Shown here in pieces: positions 42,651 to 51,545 of a stretch of 64,000 bases of DNA. Location: positions 3,704 through 67,703 of the forward strand of contig JAHRHE010000001.1 of NCBI GenBank assembly GCA_020027965.1. Direction: 5' to 3'. The DNA is from Nitrospirota bacterium (lineage in GTDB: Bacteria > Nitrospirota > Nitrospiria > Nitrospirales > Nitrospiraceae). The notes beneath the pieces were generated by a model, which did not search any database, had not been told where the DNA came from, and saw only the letters and a list, made by a program, of their open reading frames with translations. How positions within the stretch are numbered: the stretch's first letter is position 1; each line of letters opens with the position of its first letter. The translations under genes were made by a program, and so were the position numbers.

Positions 42651-45131
42651 CTAACGCACCCGAATCATGGCCGGCGTCGACACGGTTACTGGAATCGCCT
42701 TGCCGTCAGCCCCGGACACGGTCGCCTGTTGGATCGTGATAGGGAAGCTGCCGGGAGCCTTGGCCTGAAAGAAGAATTTGGCCACGACTCCCCCGCCGGA
42801 AGACGGCGGGCCCTGCCGGCGCAGGTGGAGCGCGACCTGGCCTGCGCTCGGGTTGGCGGAGACGGTTAGCGCGGCAGGGGTGCCCCCCTGCGTGAGGAAC
42901 TCGCCCTCCAGCGCTCGGCGAAACTCTAACGCGTTCGAGTCGTACGCCAGCGTCAGTACGGATTCGGACAGACCGGCGATCTGTTCCGCCGTCACCTCCA
43001 CCTGGAATTCCTGGCCGACCGTCGTGGCGAGCTCTGATGGGCCTAGCGCGAGCACGGCCGCGCCGCGCGCCACGAGCGGGGACGATGGTGACGGCCCGGG
43101 TGTACCCTTGGCTGTCGGTGGCGGCCCCCCTAGGGTCCCCGCCGGTCCGCTGCCGGGCAGAGTCGGTGACGTGGGGGAGACTGAAGGTAGAGTGGGGGAG
43201 GCGGCCGGCGTGCCCCTTCCGCTGGTGCCAGGCGATGGCTTGGGCAGAGCGACCGGCGCGGGTGGGATCGGCGTCGCGGCGAGCTTTCCGTTGCCATTCC
43301 GCGAGACAGCCGAGAACATGGGGGTCGTCCCGTACTGGCCTTCGGTGCCGGACCAGAAGGCCTGCGTTTCCGGCCCCGGCATCGTGACGTTTCGGACAAG
43401 GCGAGGCGTGATCGTCAGCACGACTTCAGTCGTGATGACGTCCGTCTGCGTCGAGGTGAAGAGCTTGCCGAGGATCGGGATATCGCCGAGGCCCGGCACT
43501 GTCTGGAGGGTCTTTCGTTCTTCGTCCTGGATCAGCCCGGCCAGGATGATGCTCTCGTCGTTTTTCATGTTCAGGACCGTCTCCGCGGTCCTGGTCCCGA
43601 ATCTGAACTGCTGGATCAGGGGATTGGACTGCAAGGTGACCAGGTCACCGAGTCGGGTGACTTCGATCTTGAGCTTGAGTGTCAATTCGTCCATGAGGTG
43701 GATCGTGGGCTCCACGCTCAGCTTGATTCCTGTATCCTTGAACTCGATCGAGGTGACGGTGGAGGTCGTCGGAACCGCGCCGGTCGCGGCCTGCCCTGGC
43801 AGGACATTCGTGGTGGAGAGCAGAATGGGCTGCTTGTCGCCGATGTTGATCGAGGCCTGCTTGCCATTCAGGACCCGCAGCTTCGGAGAGGCCAGGGTCT
43901 TGGCATCCGACTCTTGCTTGAAGAAATCCAGAATGACGCTGGCCGGGAGCGTGAGGATGAAGCTCTCCGGCCCCAGGTCGGTCAATTGTTGCCACGTGAA
44001 CGTGGTCGTGTTCGCTGTGGTTCCTCCTGTGAACCCGGGCGGCACGATCCCGAATCCGGCCGACTTGGCGTAGTTCAGCCCGTATTTCAGGCTCTTGGTA
44101 CGGTTGATCTCCAGCACCTCGAGGTCCAGCTCAACCTCCCCCTCACGGCGATCGTTCGCGGTGATAATCCGTTCGGCCAGTTGCAGCTTCGCCGGTTGGT
44201 CCCGGACGACCAGAGCGTTGATCGGCTCGTTCACGTACACCCGTTTGGTCTCCAACATGGTCCGGAGCAGGTTCACCATGTCCTTGGCCTTGGCATTGGA
44301 CAGGTAGAACGTGCGGATCATGAGGTCCTGAAACTGATCCTGTTTCTGCTTCGTGTTGGGCGTCAGCAGCAGCGTGTCGGCGCTGACCCGGCGGGAGAAC
44401 AGACCGTTGGTGCGCACGATCAGGTTCAGCGCCTCGTCGAAGGGCATGTCCTTGATAAAGATCGTGATCGGTTCGTCGCGGATATCCTTGTCGAAGACGA
44501 CGTTGAGGCCGCCGGCCCTGGCCAGGATCTCGAACACCTCCTTCAGCTTGGCATTCTGGAACCTCAGGGTGACGGGCTGGGTAGAACCGCTCACCGCTTC
44601 GGCAGCTCGCTGCTGTTGCGTGATGGTGGTGATGGCTTCCACCGCCTGGGTGAGCCCAGGATCCAACTCAACCGCGCGTTCGTACGCCCCCAGGGCATCC
44701 TCGTACCGGCCGAGGCTCTGGAGTTTCTCGCCGGCCTGGGCCTGGTCGCGAGCCTCCTTCAGCCGCAAGGCGTCGCCCATCGCCACGTGGTGCTCGCTCC
44801 GCGAAGGATCCAGTCCGAGCGCGAATTTGAATTCGTTCAGCGCTTCCATGATCTGGTTGGCCTTCAGGTACTTCCGGCCTTGGGCGTAATGTTGCTCGGC
44901 CGCCCGCGCCTTGGCCTGGCTCAGACGCTCCTGCAGGCTCAGGTCAATCGGGTCTTTCTTCAAGGCGGCGCGGTAGGCCGCGACGGCACCGTCCCAATTT
45001 CCCTCGGCGGCCAGCTTCTCAGCGGTCCGGACTTCAGGCATGGTGCACCCGCCCAGGGAAACGATGGCCACCAGCGTGCTGAACAGGAACAGGAGGCTCA
45101 GAGGATGTGGAAAGCGGTGCGTGCTTTTCAT
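42651..45131 (-). CDS. secretin (GspD/PilQ family) with N-terminal lipobox + TPR region and C-terminal Pro-rich linker + cohesin-like domain
   Basis: Start at MKSTHRF...VSLGGC. TPR-like repeats. Secretin core (...VPGLGDIPILGKLFTSTQTDVITTEVVLTITPRLV). C-terminus ALGPSELATTVGQEFQVEVTAEQIAGLSESVLTLAYDSNALEF is cohesin-like. Confidence 0.85.
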   Translation of the reverse strand: MKSTHRFPHPLSLLFLFSTLVAIVSLGGCTMPEVRTAEKLAAEGNWDGAVAAYRAALKKDPIDLSLQERLSQAKARAAEQHYAQGRKYLKANQIMEALNEFKFALGLDPSRSEHHVAMGDALRLKEARDQAQAGEKLQSLGRYEDALGAYERAVELDPGLTQAVEAITTITQQQRAAEAVSGSTQPVTLRFQNAKLKEVFEILARAGGLNVVFDKDIRDEPITIFIKDMPFDEALNLIVRTNGLFSRRVSADTLLLTPNTKQKQDQFQDLMIRTFYLSNAKAKDMVNLLRTMLETKRVYVNEPINALVVRDQPAKLQLAERIITANDRREGEVELDLEVLEINRTKSLKYGLNYAKSAGFGIVPPGFTGGTTANTTTFTWQQLTDLGPESFILTLPASVILDFFKQESDAKTLASPKLRVLNGKQASINIGDKQPILLSTTNVLPGQAATGAVPTTSTVTSIEFKDTGIKLSVEPTIHLMDELTLKLKIEVTRLGDLVTLQSNPLIQQFRFGTRTAETVLNMKNDESIILAGLIQDEERKTLQTVPGLGDIPILGKLFTSTQTDVITTEVVLTITPRLVRNVTMPGPETQAFWSGTEGQYGTTPMFSAVSRNGNGKLAATPIPPAPVALPKPSPGTSGRGTPAASPTLPSVSPTSPTLPGSGPAGTLGGPPPTAKGTPGPSPSSPLVARGAAVLALGPSELATTVGQEFQVEVTAEQIAGLSESVLTLAYDSNALEFRRALEGEFLTQGGTPAALTVSANPSAGQVALHLRRQGPPSSGGGVVAKFFFQAKAPGSFPITIQQATVSGADGKAIPVTVSTPAMIRVR

Positions 45132-45701
45132 AGAAGGCCTCTCGTTCGACGTGAGAAGAGCGGGAACGTTAATGGCCTCCACGCGCGACGGGCGCGTGGC
45201 CACTTGGAGCCGGATATTCTATGCCAAGGACGCAAGAAAGGAAATACTTCAAAAGGAGGGGGTAAGCCAGGTCTTTCCGGCGTGCCCCATGGCCATCCTA
45301 TGACGATCACTAATAACTCACAACGTATTGATCTACCAAGGTTGTTTATGTAATGCCGTACGCCACGACTCACGCACGCCGGTCTTTATGGCCCCTTCGC
45401 GCATTGAAGTCTGTGGAGGCATCTGCCTTTCTTTCTGGTCAAATGGTCGTGCCATGGCTTCTGGCGGTCTTTCACAGGTTCTTGTCGCACAGGCCAGATC
45501 TTGCCCTTGAGAGCGTTACGAAGGAGTTTTGTCTGCATGAGCGCGAGGTTAATTCTTGAAAGGCCATCGCCAGGTGAGGGCTGGCGGCTCGGTGAGCGCG
45601 CTGAGGGACTCTGATGACGTGGGCAAAGGGTTCGGCGGATGCTGGCCCAGTAACCGAAGTCGTTTCAGGCTGCTCGCAGGCGTTTTTCAGGGGAGAGACT
45701 T

Positions 45702-46349
45702 CTATGGGGCACCAGCTGAGGATGGCGGGCGCAGGCCTTGCCTCTCTTCCGGGCTCAGCCTGTCCTTCTCCCTCAACGTCTGCAAGGTTTCCTCGAGCCG
45801 CTCGGGATCGAGACGGCGCACCCCATACACGCGGAGGACCGGAGGGTAAATAATGTACAGATTCGGGTTGCGAATCTCGAGCTGAAATTCCTCACTCTCT
45901 GCATAGGGGCCGAGTTCGGATTTGCCTCCCAGCGGAACGCGGTAGAATGGCTTTCCGTCCCGCATCTGGCCGCTGGCACCAACATATTCTAACTCGTCAG
46001 TCACGTCATGGAGATAATTGGCGCTCGCGACTCTTTGCACCACGACGACCAATGAGTCACCCTCAATCGGATCCCCTGACTGATTCTTCACACGGACACG
46101 AAAGCGGAACTCACCCCGCGAGCTCAAGCGACTGTCAGGATCCCACTCACCGATACTGCCGAAGGGATCGGACTGAGACAGGATCGGGATGACCGCGCCA
46201 GTGATGTCCTGCGCCTCGCCAGCGGAATACGCGGTCGCAGGAATGCTGTCGAAGCCGAAGACCCATGCCAGGCACAGCAAGAGCCGAGCCAACCTGCCGA
46301 TGCGCGACACGCTGTCCCGGTGGAGATCATGATACTTTCGACGGTTCAT
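45702..46349 (-). CDS. hypothetical secreted protein
   Basis: 215 aa. Signal-like LLLCLAWVFGFDSIPATAYS. No family recognised. Confidence 0.5.
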   Translation of the reverse strand: MNRRKYHDLHRDSVSRIGRLARLLLCLAWVFGFDSIPATAYSAGEAQDITGAVIPILSQSDPFGSIGEWDPDSRLSSRGEFRFRVRVKNQSGDPIEGDSLVVVVQRVASANYLHDVTDELEYVGASGQMRDGKPFYRVPLGGKSELGPYAESEEFQLEIRNPNLYIIYPPVLRVYGVRRLDPERLEETLQTLREKDRLSPEERQGLRPPSSAGAP

Positions 46350-46368
46350 GCGCGCAGGATCACCACGG

Positions 46369-46815
46369 CTACTGGAGTTTGGCTCGCACCAGGTCGCTGA
46401 TCTGCTTGCCGTCCACCGTCTGGCCGGCGAGCCGGGCCATCACGGTCTTCATCACGGCACCCATCTCTTTGAGAGTCTTGGCGCCGGTCTCCCGGATCAC
46501 CGCCTCGATGAGCTGTCCGATCTCGTCCTGTGAGAGGGCCTTCGGAAGGTAGCTCTCGATGATCGAGATCTCCCGGAGCTCCTTTCCAGCCAAGTCCTGA
46601 CGGTTGGCCTTCTGATACTGCTCGGCGGCTTCCCGGCGCTGCTTGACGAGCGTGGTCATGACTCGGCTCATCTCAGCATCATCCAGGTCCTTTTTCAGCT
46701 CCAATTGTCTGTTGAAGATCGCGGCCTTGACCATGCGGATGACATCCATGCGGAGCTGGTCCTTGGCCTTCATGGCTAGCTTGAGGTCTTCGGACAACCG
46801 GTCATGGAGTGACAT
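46369..46815 (-). CDS. GatB/YqeY-domain protein
   Basis: 148 aa. MSLHDRLSEDLKLAMKAKD...VKAAIFN...YLPKALSQDEI...GKQISDLVRAKL is the YqeY pattern. Confidence 0.8.
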   Translation of the reverse strand: MSLHDRLSEDLKLAMKAKDQLRMDVIRMVKAAIFNRQLELKKDLDDAEMSRVMTTLVKQRREAAEQYQKANRQDLAGKELREISIIESYLPKALSQDEIGQLIEAVIRETGAKTLKEMGAVMKTVMARLAGQTVDGKQISDLVRAKLQ

Positions 46816-47027
46816 AGGGCCTCATCTCCCCACTCGCCCGGGGCTGGGAACAGCACGCAACCACAGAATATTCCTGCAGAGAGAGGCAGTCAAGCGACGA
46901 TCCTCCGACCCCATGGTGGGTAGCCCCCCCCATTGGTGGTATTTCCCGGTTTGGCTGGGGTATGATGATAGTGTTAGAAGACGCGCAGGCCAGTGCACCG
47001 GATCGGGGATGCCTCGGGGGTCACACG

Positions 47028-47693
47028 ATGGCTCGGCGAGTCTGCTTCTCCGGTAACTCGATCGGGCTCCTTTTCCTGCCGCTATTAATCGGGTGCGAAA
47101 TCGCTGCGCCTCAAACCAGGCCGCTTCTCGGTGTGTGGAAGACTGTTCCCGCCTCGATCCAGGTTCCGATCACCATTGAGCGTCTCGCGATTCTCTACCC
47201 CAAGTCGTATAACCGGCTGTTAATGGATGCGTACGCCCGTCTCGAGGGCGCGGCCTTTCAGCTCAAAGAGCAACGGCCCCGCCTGCGGATTGTGGACCGG
47301 TTCCATCTGCCGACTATCTTGGACGAGCAGCGGTTCCAACTTGGCGGGTCCGTCTCCGAGCAGACTGCGATCAGCCTGGGCCGCCTGCTCGGTGTGGACA
47401 GCGTGCTGCTGTTCAGCATCGAGGGTCCGACGGTCAGGGACCATACCATCGCCAGATTTACAGGGGACCTGCCGCCGTTTACGCTCACGAGTAAGATCAT
47501 TCGGGTCGAGAGCGCGGAAGTGGTGTTCCATAACGTCGTCACCAGCCGGGTCGAGGCATTCGGCGGCTGGATGCCGCCAGTGTTCAGCGAGTCCCACATG
47601 CCGCCGGTGGTGCGTGCGGCCGTGGATCGGGGCGTGGCCCAAACCATCGCGGACCTTCGGCACGCCTTTCGGTTACACATCGAGGAACGTTGA
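47028..47693 (+). CDS. lipoprotein, possibly CsgG/LpoB-like fold
   Basis: Start at MARRVCFSGNSIGLLFLPLLIGC (lipobox). ...IVDRFHLPTILDEQRFQLGGSVSEQTAISLGRLLGVDSVLLF resembles CsgG-family lipoproteins. Confidence 0.5.
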   Translation: MARRVCFSGNSIGLLFLPLLIGCEIAAPQTRPLLGVWKTVPASIQVPITIERLAILYPKSYNRLLMDAYARLEGAAFQLKEQRPRLRIVDRFHLPTILDEQRFQLGGSVSEQTAISLGRLLGVDSVLLFSIEGPTVRDHTIARFTGDLPPFTLTSKIIRVESAEVVFHNVVTSRVEAFGGWMPPVFSESHMPPVVRAAVDRGVAQTIADLRHAFRLHIEER

Positions 47694-47748
47694 GGCAAGC
47701 TTAGCCTTCATCATTCTGCATGGAGCGTTGTTTCGAAAGGAGGAGCTG

Positions 47749-47967
47749 ATGCGGCAGCAGCAGGGTCGCCGGGTACGAAGGGTCTGGTCACGGACGCAGG
47801 TGATGGCCGTCGCGGTTGTGCTTGGGTGGGCCGGGTTCTGGGGTTGCGCAGGCGATCCGGGGCCGGCTCCGGTCGAGCCGACCCTGCAACAGATCCGCAG
47901 CGACTCAGACGTGCACTTCGAGAAACTGAAACAGGAAGAGAGGGAGCGGGGCACCACCAACCCGTAA
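47749..47967 (+). CDS. small lipoprotein (72 aa)
   Basis: ATG 47749 has aaggagg 5 nt upstream. ...VVLGWAGFWGC lipobox. Confidence 0.55.
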   Translation: MRQQQGRRVRRVWSRTQVMAVAVVLGWAGFWGCAGDPGPAPVEPTLQQIRSDSDVHFEKLKQEERERGTTNP

Positions 47968-48021
47968 GCAAATGGCAAATGGCTTATGGTTAATGGCTAA
48001 TGGGTCCTTTAACCATTCTGG
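47968..48021. repeat. period-7 tract (AATGG family) with a short inverted partner
   Basis: gcaaatg gcaaatg gcttatg gttaatg gctaatg gg ... ttaaccattc. Confidence 0.85.
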
Positions 48022-48026
48022 GGTCA

Positions 48027-49397
48027 CTACTGCTCCTGCCGGCTCTCCCGCCCTCCAAAGGCCGCCGTCAACGGTTTGATCAGGGGCAATTCCGTGAACA
48101 ATTCTCGGTGTGAGATCGGCTCGACGGGCCGCGTCTCCTTGAATGATCTGAGGAGACTCAAGGAGACAATGAGCCGAAGCGCACCCGAGATGAAGAAGAC
48201 GGCCGGCAGGTTGGACACCAGGCGGAGATCGGGCCAGGGCAGAGCAACCTCAGCAGGAACCACCGTGGCCAACCAGCCGCCGAGCAACGCGCCGGCGAAC
48301 CAGCCCATCGCGTTGACTGTGTTCCAGACAGCCACCCCCTTGGCTCGGTCCTCCGGTGGAACCGCGTCAAAGACGTAGTTCTGCAGGCCGAGTGCGAGTC
48401 CCGCCCAGATCACCCCGCCGCCCAGATTGACGACGACGAGAAACGCCAGATTCGTGCTGAGAAGGTAGCACATCGGGAGGAACGGCACGAGCAGCCCGGT
48501 TGCCACCAGCACTTTCTTATTGCCGTATCGGTCGCTGATTCGGCCCCAGGGCCTCAAGCTCAGGTATTGTCCGAGAACGCCGGCCGCGAGCCAGGTGGCG
48601 TACTGCAAGTAGGAGAGTTGCAGATCGTGCAGCATGTAGATGACGAAGTACGGCCCGGCGATCAGGACGCAGGCATGCATTAGCCCGGAGAACAGGAGGA
48701 ACCGCAGAAAGTTCGAGCTGTGCTCACGCCGTAAGAACTCCAGCAGGCGGAACTGGGCCTCTCGTGTCGCCGGCGCCGCGGATTCATCGAGCTGAAACAG
48801 ATACCGGGCCGAGATGGCCCGCGCGGCGGCCGCCGTGACGAAGATGACCGCGAACCCCGCCCACGGTGCCTGCCATTGCTGGGCAGAATGCAGCAGCAGG
48901 CCGGCTCCGCACAGCGCCGAGAAGCTGATGACCGCCATGACCTTGGCGCGGCGGGCAAAGTAGCTGCCTCGCGCGGTGGGATCGACGAGGTCGGTGATCA
49001 GGCTGTTCCAGGGTGGAATGGCGAAGTGGCCCATTGCAAAATAGGCCACGGCGCAGGCGATCAGCAGCCACGGGCCTTGCGACGGGAAGAGAAGGGGGAG
49101 CGCGAGGAGGGGAAACCACAAGGCGGTCTGGCCGAGGGCGCCCGCCACGATCAGGGTCTTGCGGTGAGGAAACCGATTGAGAGCCTTGGCGGAGAGCAAC
49201 TGAGCCCAGGTGCCGACTAACTGGGGAAGCGCTGACAAGAGCCCGATCTGAAACGGCGTGGCGTGCAGCAGGAGCGCGAATGCGGAGAGGAAGTTCTCGC
49301 CGCCTCCCTGCATCACCGCCTGGAAGGCTCCGTCGCGGATCCCGCTGCGGCGGCTCAGCTCGCTGGCTTGCTCACGAGGTGCCATTGAAACGCTCAA
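48027..49397 (-). CDS. MFS transporter
   Basis: 456 aa, about 12 TM helices. GRISDRYGNKK loop motif between TM8 and TM9. Confidence 0.8.
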   Translation of the reverse strand: MSVSMAPREQASELSRRSGIRDGAFQAVMQGGGENFLSAFALLLHATPFQIGLLSALPQLVGTWAQLLSAKALNRFPHRKTLIVAGALGQTALWFPLLALPLLFPSQGPWLLIACAVAYFAMGHFAIPPWNSLITDLVDPTARGSYFARRAKVMAVISFSALCGAGLLLHSAQQWQAPWAGFAVIFVTAAAARAISARYLFQLDESAAPATREAQFRLLEFLRREHSSNFLRFLLFSGLMHACVLIAGPYFVIYMLHDLQLSYLQYATWLAAGVLGQYLSLRPWGRISDRYGNKKVLVATGLLVPFLPMCYLLSTNLAFLVVVNLGGGVIWAGLALGLQNYVFDAVPPEDRAKGVAVWNTVNAMGWFAGALLGGWLATVVPAEVALPWPDLRLVSNLPAVFFISGALRLIVSLSLLRSFKETRPVEPISHRELFTELPLIKPLTAAFGGRESRQEQ

Positions 49398-49797
49398 CCC
49401 GGTTGCCTCCTGCGCTCCCGCGCAGGTTCCGTTTGGGTTACGCTGATCGGTAGAGCCCTCAGCAGGCAGGAGATCCGTTCACTCCTGGGTCTCGCAGGAG
49501 TCCGGCAGGGTCGGGAAGCCTTCACCATTTGCCGATCAACAGTCATTCTATCGGCATATTATACCAGAGGCTGAAGCTCCTCCTGCGCCCTCCCTCCCAC
49601 CATGCCAGGTGCCGGGATCCACCTTTCGGGCACCCGAGCACCGACCGCGGCTTGCACCGAGTTGCAATGTCGCAGGTGTTGCAGTAGGCTATTCAACGAC
49701 CGAGCAGTGACGAAGTGTAGTTGAGCGGCGTTCCGAATCTGGAGGTGCTCACATGACTGGCTGCACCCATAGAGGGCGTTGGGGCGGTGGTCCAGTG

Positions 49798-50409
49798 ATG
49801 GCTGGTCTGTTCATTCTGCTCGTGGCCGGCGGGCTGAGCCTTGGATGGGATGCGCAGGCAAGGGACCTGCTTGCCCCTAAAGAGCAGAGTGTCACAGAGT
49901 TCGAGAAGACTCAGGCGCCGTCGTTGGACGATCAAAAACGAGGCGTTCCGCAGGCCATGTTCGTCTGGATCAAGATGGCGCGTGGCTATGAGGTCGAGTG
50001 GGACAGCTTCGGACGGAAAGGATGGTACACCCAAGATCCCAGGATCCGTCCGATTGACCCCGGGACCAACGCGTTCACCCCGGAGACCGAGGTGTTTTAT
50101 GTCGTCTTCGAGGTGGCGCCCCTAGAGGACCCCGCCCAGTTCAGCGGGCAATGGTTTCTGGAGGATGAGAACGGCAAGGTCTCCGAGACGCCGGTGGGCC
50201 GCGACACGCTGGAAGTCCCCGGACATGAGCGCTATGGCTTTCTGGAGCTGAAAAAGCCGGCCGGAGGGTGGCCCCTGGGAAACTACCTCGTGAAGGTGTT
50301 TATCACCCCGCTGGGACAGCAGTCTTTCCACGCGGTGAATCAAGTCGGCACGATGCGCTTTAAGATCGTGAGCCAGCTTCCTGCGACGGTCCCCGCTGCC
50401 CAGAAGTAA
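49798..50409 (+). CDS. hypothetical secreted protein
   Basis: Start at MAGLFILLVAGGLSLGWDAQA (signal). The ORF extends upstream to 49753. Confidence 0.5.
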   Translation: MAGLFILLVAGGLSLGWDAQARDLLAPKEQSVTEFEKTQAPSLDDQKRGVPQAMFVWIKMARGYEVEWDSFGRKGWYTQDPRIRPIDPGTNAFTPETEVFYVVFEVAPLEDPAQFSGQWFLEDENGKVSETPVGRDTLEVPGHERYGFLELKKPAGGWPLGNYLVKVFITPLGQQSFHAVNQVGTMRFKIVSQLPATVPAAQK

Positions 50410-50416
50410 GCCGAGT

Positions 50417-50458
50417 GATTTGTGGATTGGTTGAATTGGTCATTTGTTGATTGGTTCG
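50417..50458. repeat. period-7 tract (TTGG family)
   Basis: gatttgt ggattgg ttgaatt ggtcatt tgttgat tggttcg. Confidence 0.75.
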
Positions 50459-50522
50459 ACCCGACCATGAACATATCTCACAATCATTCAATCTTCCGTC
50501 GCACATTGTGTTGGGGATCGTG

Positions 50523-50795
50523 ATGAAGGAGACCGATCCTGAGAAGCTGGCGCTGCTCTATGAGCGCTTCAAGGATGTCTGCCTGGTAGAAAAGGAAGTC
50601 TGGCGGGAAATCTTCATGCCGCGCGCTGCCGACAAGGGCCCTGTTTTGACGAGGGTGCAGGAGCGTTATGAAGTCGTCATTGACGACCGGGAGGTCGAAG
50701 ACACGCTCGAGGCTAACATCCCGCTTGGTGGAAAAGCCTTGGCGGCCGCGATCGAGCAATACCGCGCCGCCATAAGCTTCATCAAGAAGACGTAA
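50523..50795 (+). CDS. small hypothetical protein (90 aa)
   Basis: Start at MKETDPEKLALLYERF. The ORF extends upstream to 50451. Confidence 0.45.
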   Translation: MKETDPEKLALLYERFKDVCLVEKEVWREIFMPRAADKGPVLTRVQERYEVVIDDREVEDTLEANIPLGGKALAAAIEQYRAAISFIKKT

Positions 50796-50802
50796 CCGGA
50801 AT

Positions 50803-50880
50803 GCGTCACTCGTCATGCGAAGGAAGACTCCGCGAATCACGGTTCACGAATGACGGATGACGAATAACGAATGACGCGTC
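50803..50880. repeat. period-7 tracts (GTCAC / ATGACG family)
   Basis: gcgtcactcgtcatgcg ... cgaatca cggttca cgaatga cggatga cgaataa cgaatga cgcgtc. Confidence 0.85.
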
Positions 50881-50886
50881 TTGGCC

Positions 50887-51522
50887 TCAGTTCGTGGCCA
50901 GTGCGCTCTCCACGTCACGCACAATCTCATCCGAGAGCGGCTTCGTGCGGTGATGGAATCGTGCGATGACGTTCCCCTTCCGATCCACCAGGTATTTCTG
51001 AAAATTCCACTCGACCTCACCCGGGAAGGGACTCCGCTCGGTCAGGTACTGGTAGAGCGGGTGCTTGTCGTCGCCCTTGACGCTGATCTTGCTGAACAGG
51101 GGGAACGTCAGGCTGTACTTGGTGTAGCAGAAACTCTTGATCTCTTCGTTGGTGCCCGGCTCCTGCCGGCCGAAATTGTTGGCCGGGAAGGCCAGAATCT
51201 CCAGCCCGCGAGCCTGGTACCGCTCGTACATGGTCTCCAGCTCTGAGTATTGCGGGGTATTCCCGCAGAGGCTGGCCGTATTGACCAGCAAGAGCACCTT
51301 GCCGCGGAAGGAGCTGAGGGGCAAGGGTTTGCCATCAATGTCATTGAGGGTGAAATCGTAGACGCTGGAAGTTTGGCTCGCCATGAGAACCTCTGAAGGC
51401 TGGCTCCGGGGAGCCGATGGGTCTGCGGCCTGCACGGGACCGGGCCAGAGGAAGTAGCCCGAGCCGCAAGAGGCGAGGAGACCCAGGGACCATCCGAAGA
51501 CGAAAAACAGTGCTCGTTGCAT
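50887..51522 (-). CDS. glutathione peroxidase family protein with signal peptide (Cys, not Sec)
   Basis: 211 aa. LLVNTASLCGNTPQY, FPANNFGRQEPG, WNFQKYLV. N-terminal signal FVFGWSLGLLASCGS. Confidence 0.85.
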   Translation of the reverse strand: MQRALFFVFGWSLGLLASCGSGYFLWPGPVQAADPSAPRSQPSEVLMASQTSSVYDFTLNDIDGKPLPLSSFRGKVLLLVNTASLCGNTPQYSELETMYERYQARGLEILAFPANNFGRQEPGTNEEIKSFCYTKYSLTFPLFSKISVKGDDKHPLYQYLTERSPFPGEVEWNFQKYLVDRKGNVIARFHHRTKPLSDEIVRDVESALATN

Positions 51523-51545
51523 CGCCGGGCCTCCCAGGCTGATCG

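Noticed and set aside
45440-45460. Sigma-54 promoter for the secretion operon (minus-strand TGGCACgaccaTTTGA).
   Set aside because: The GG-N10-GC rule fails (TG at the -12 position), and no other TGGCAC-N5-TTGC match was seen near the operon start.
50887-51522. Selenocysteine recoding in the glutathione peroxidase homologue.
   Set aside because: The active-site position is a Cys codon (ASLCGNT), and the ORF has no in-frame TGA.
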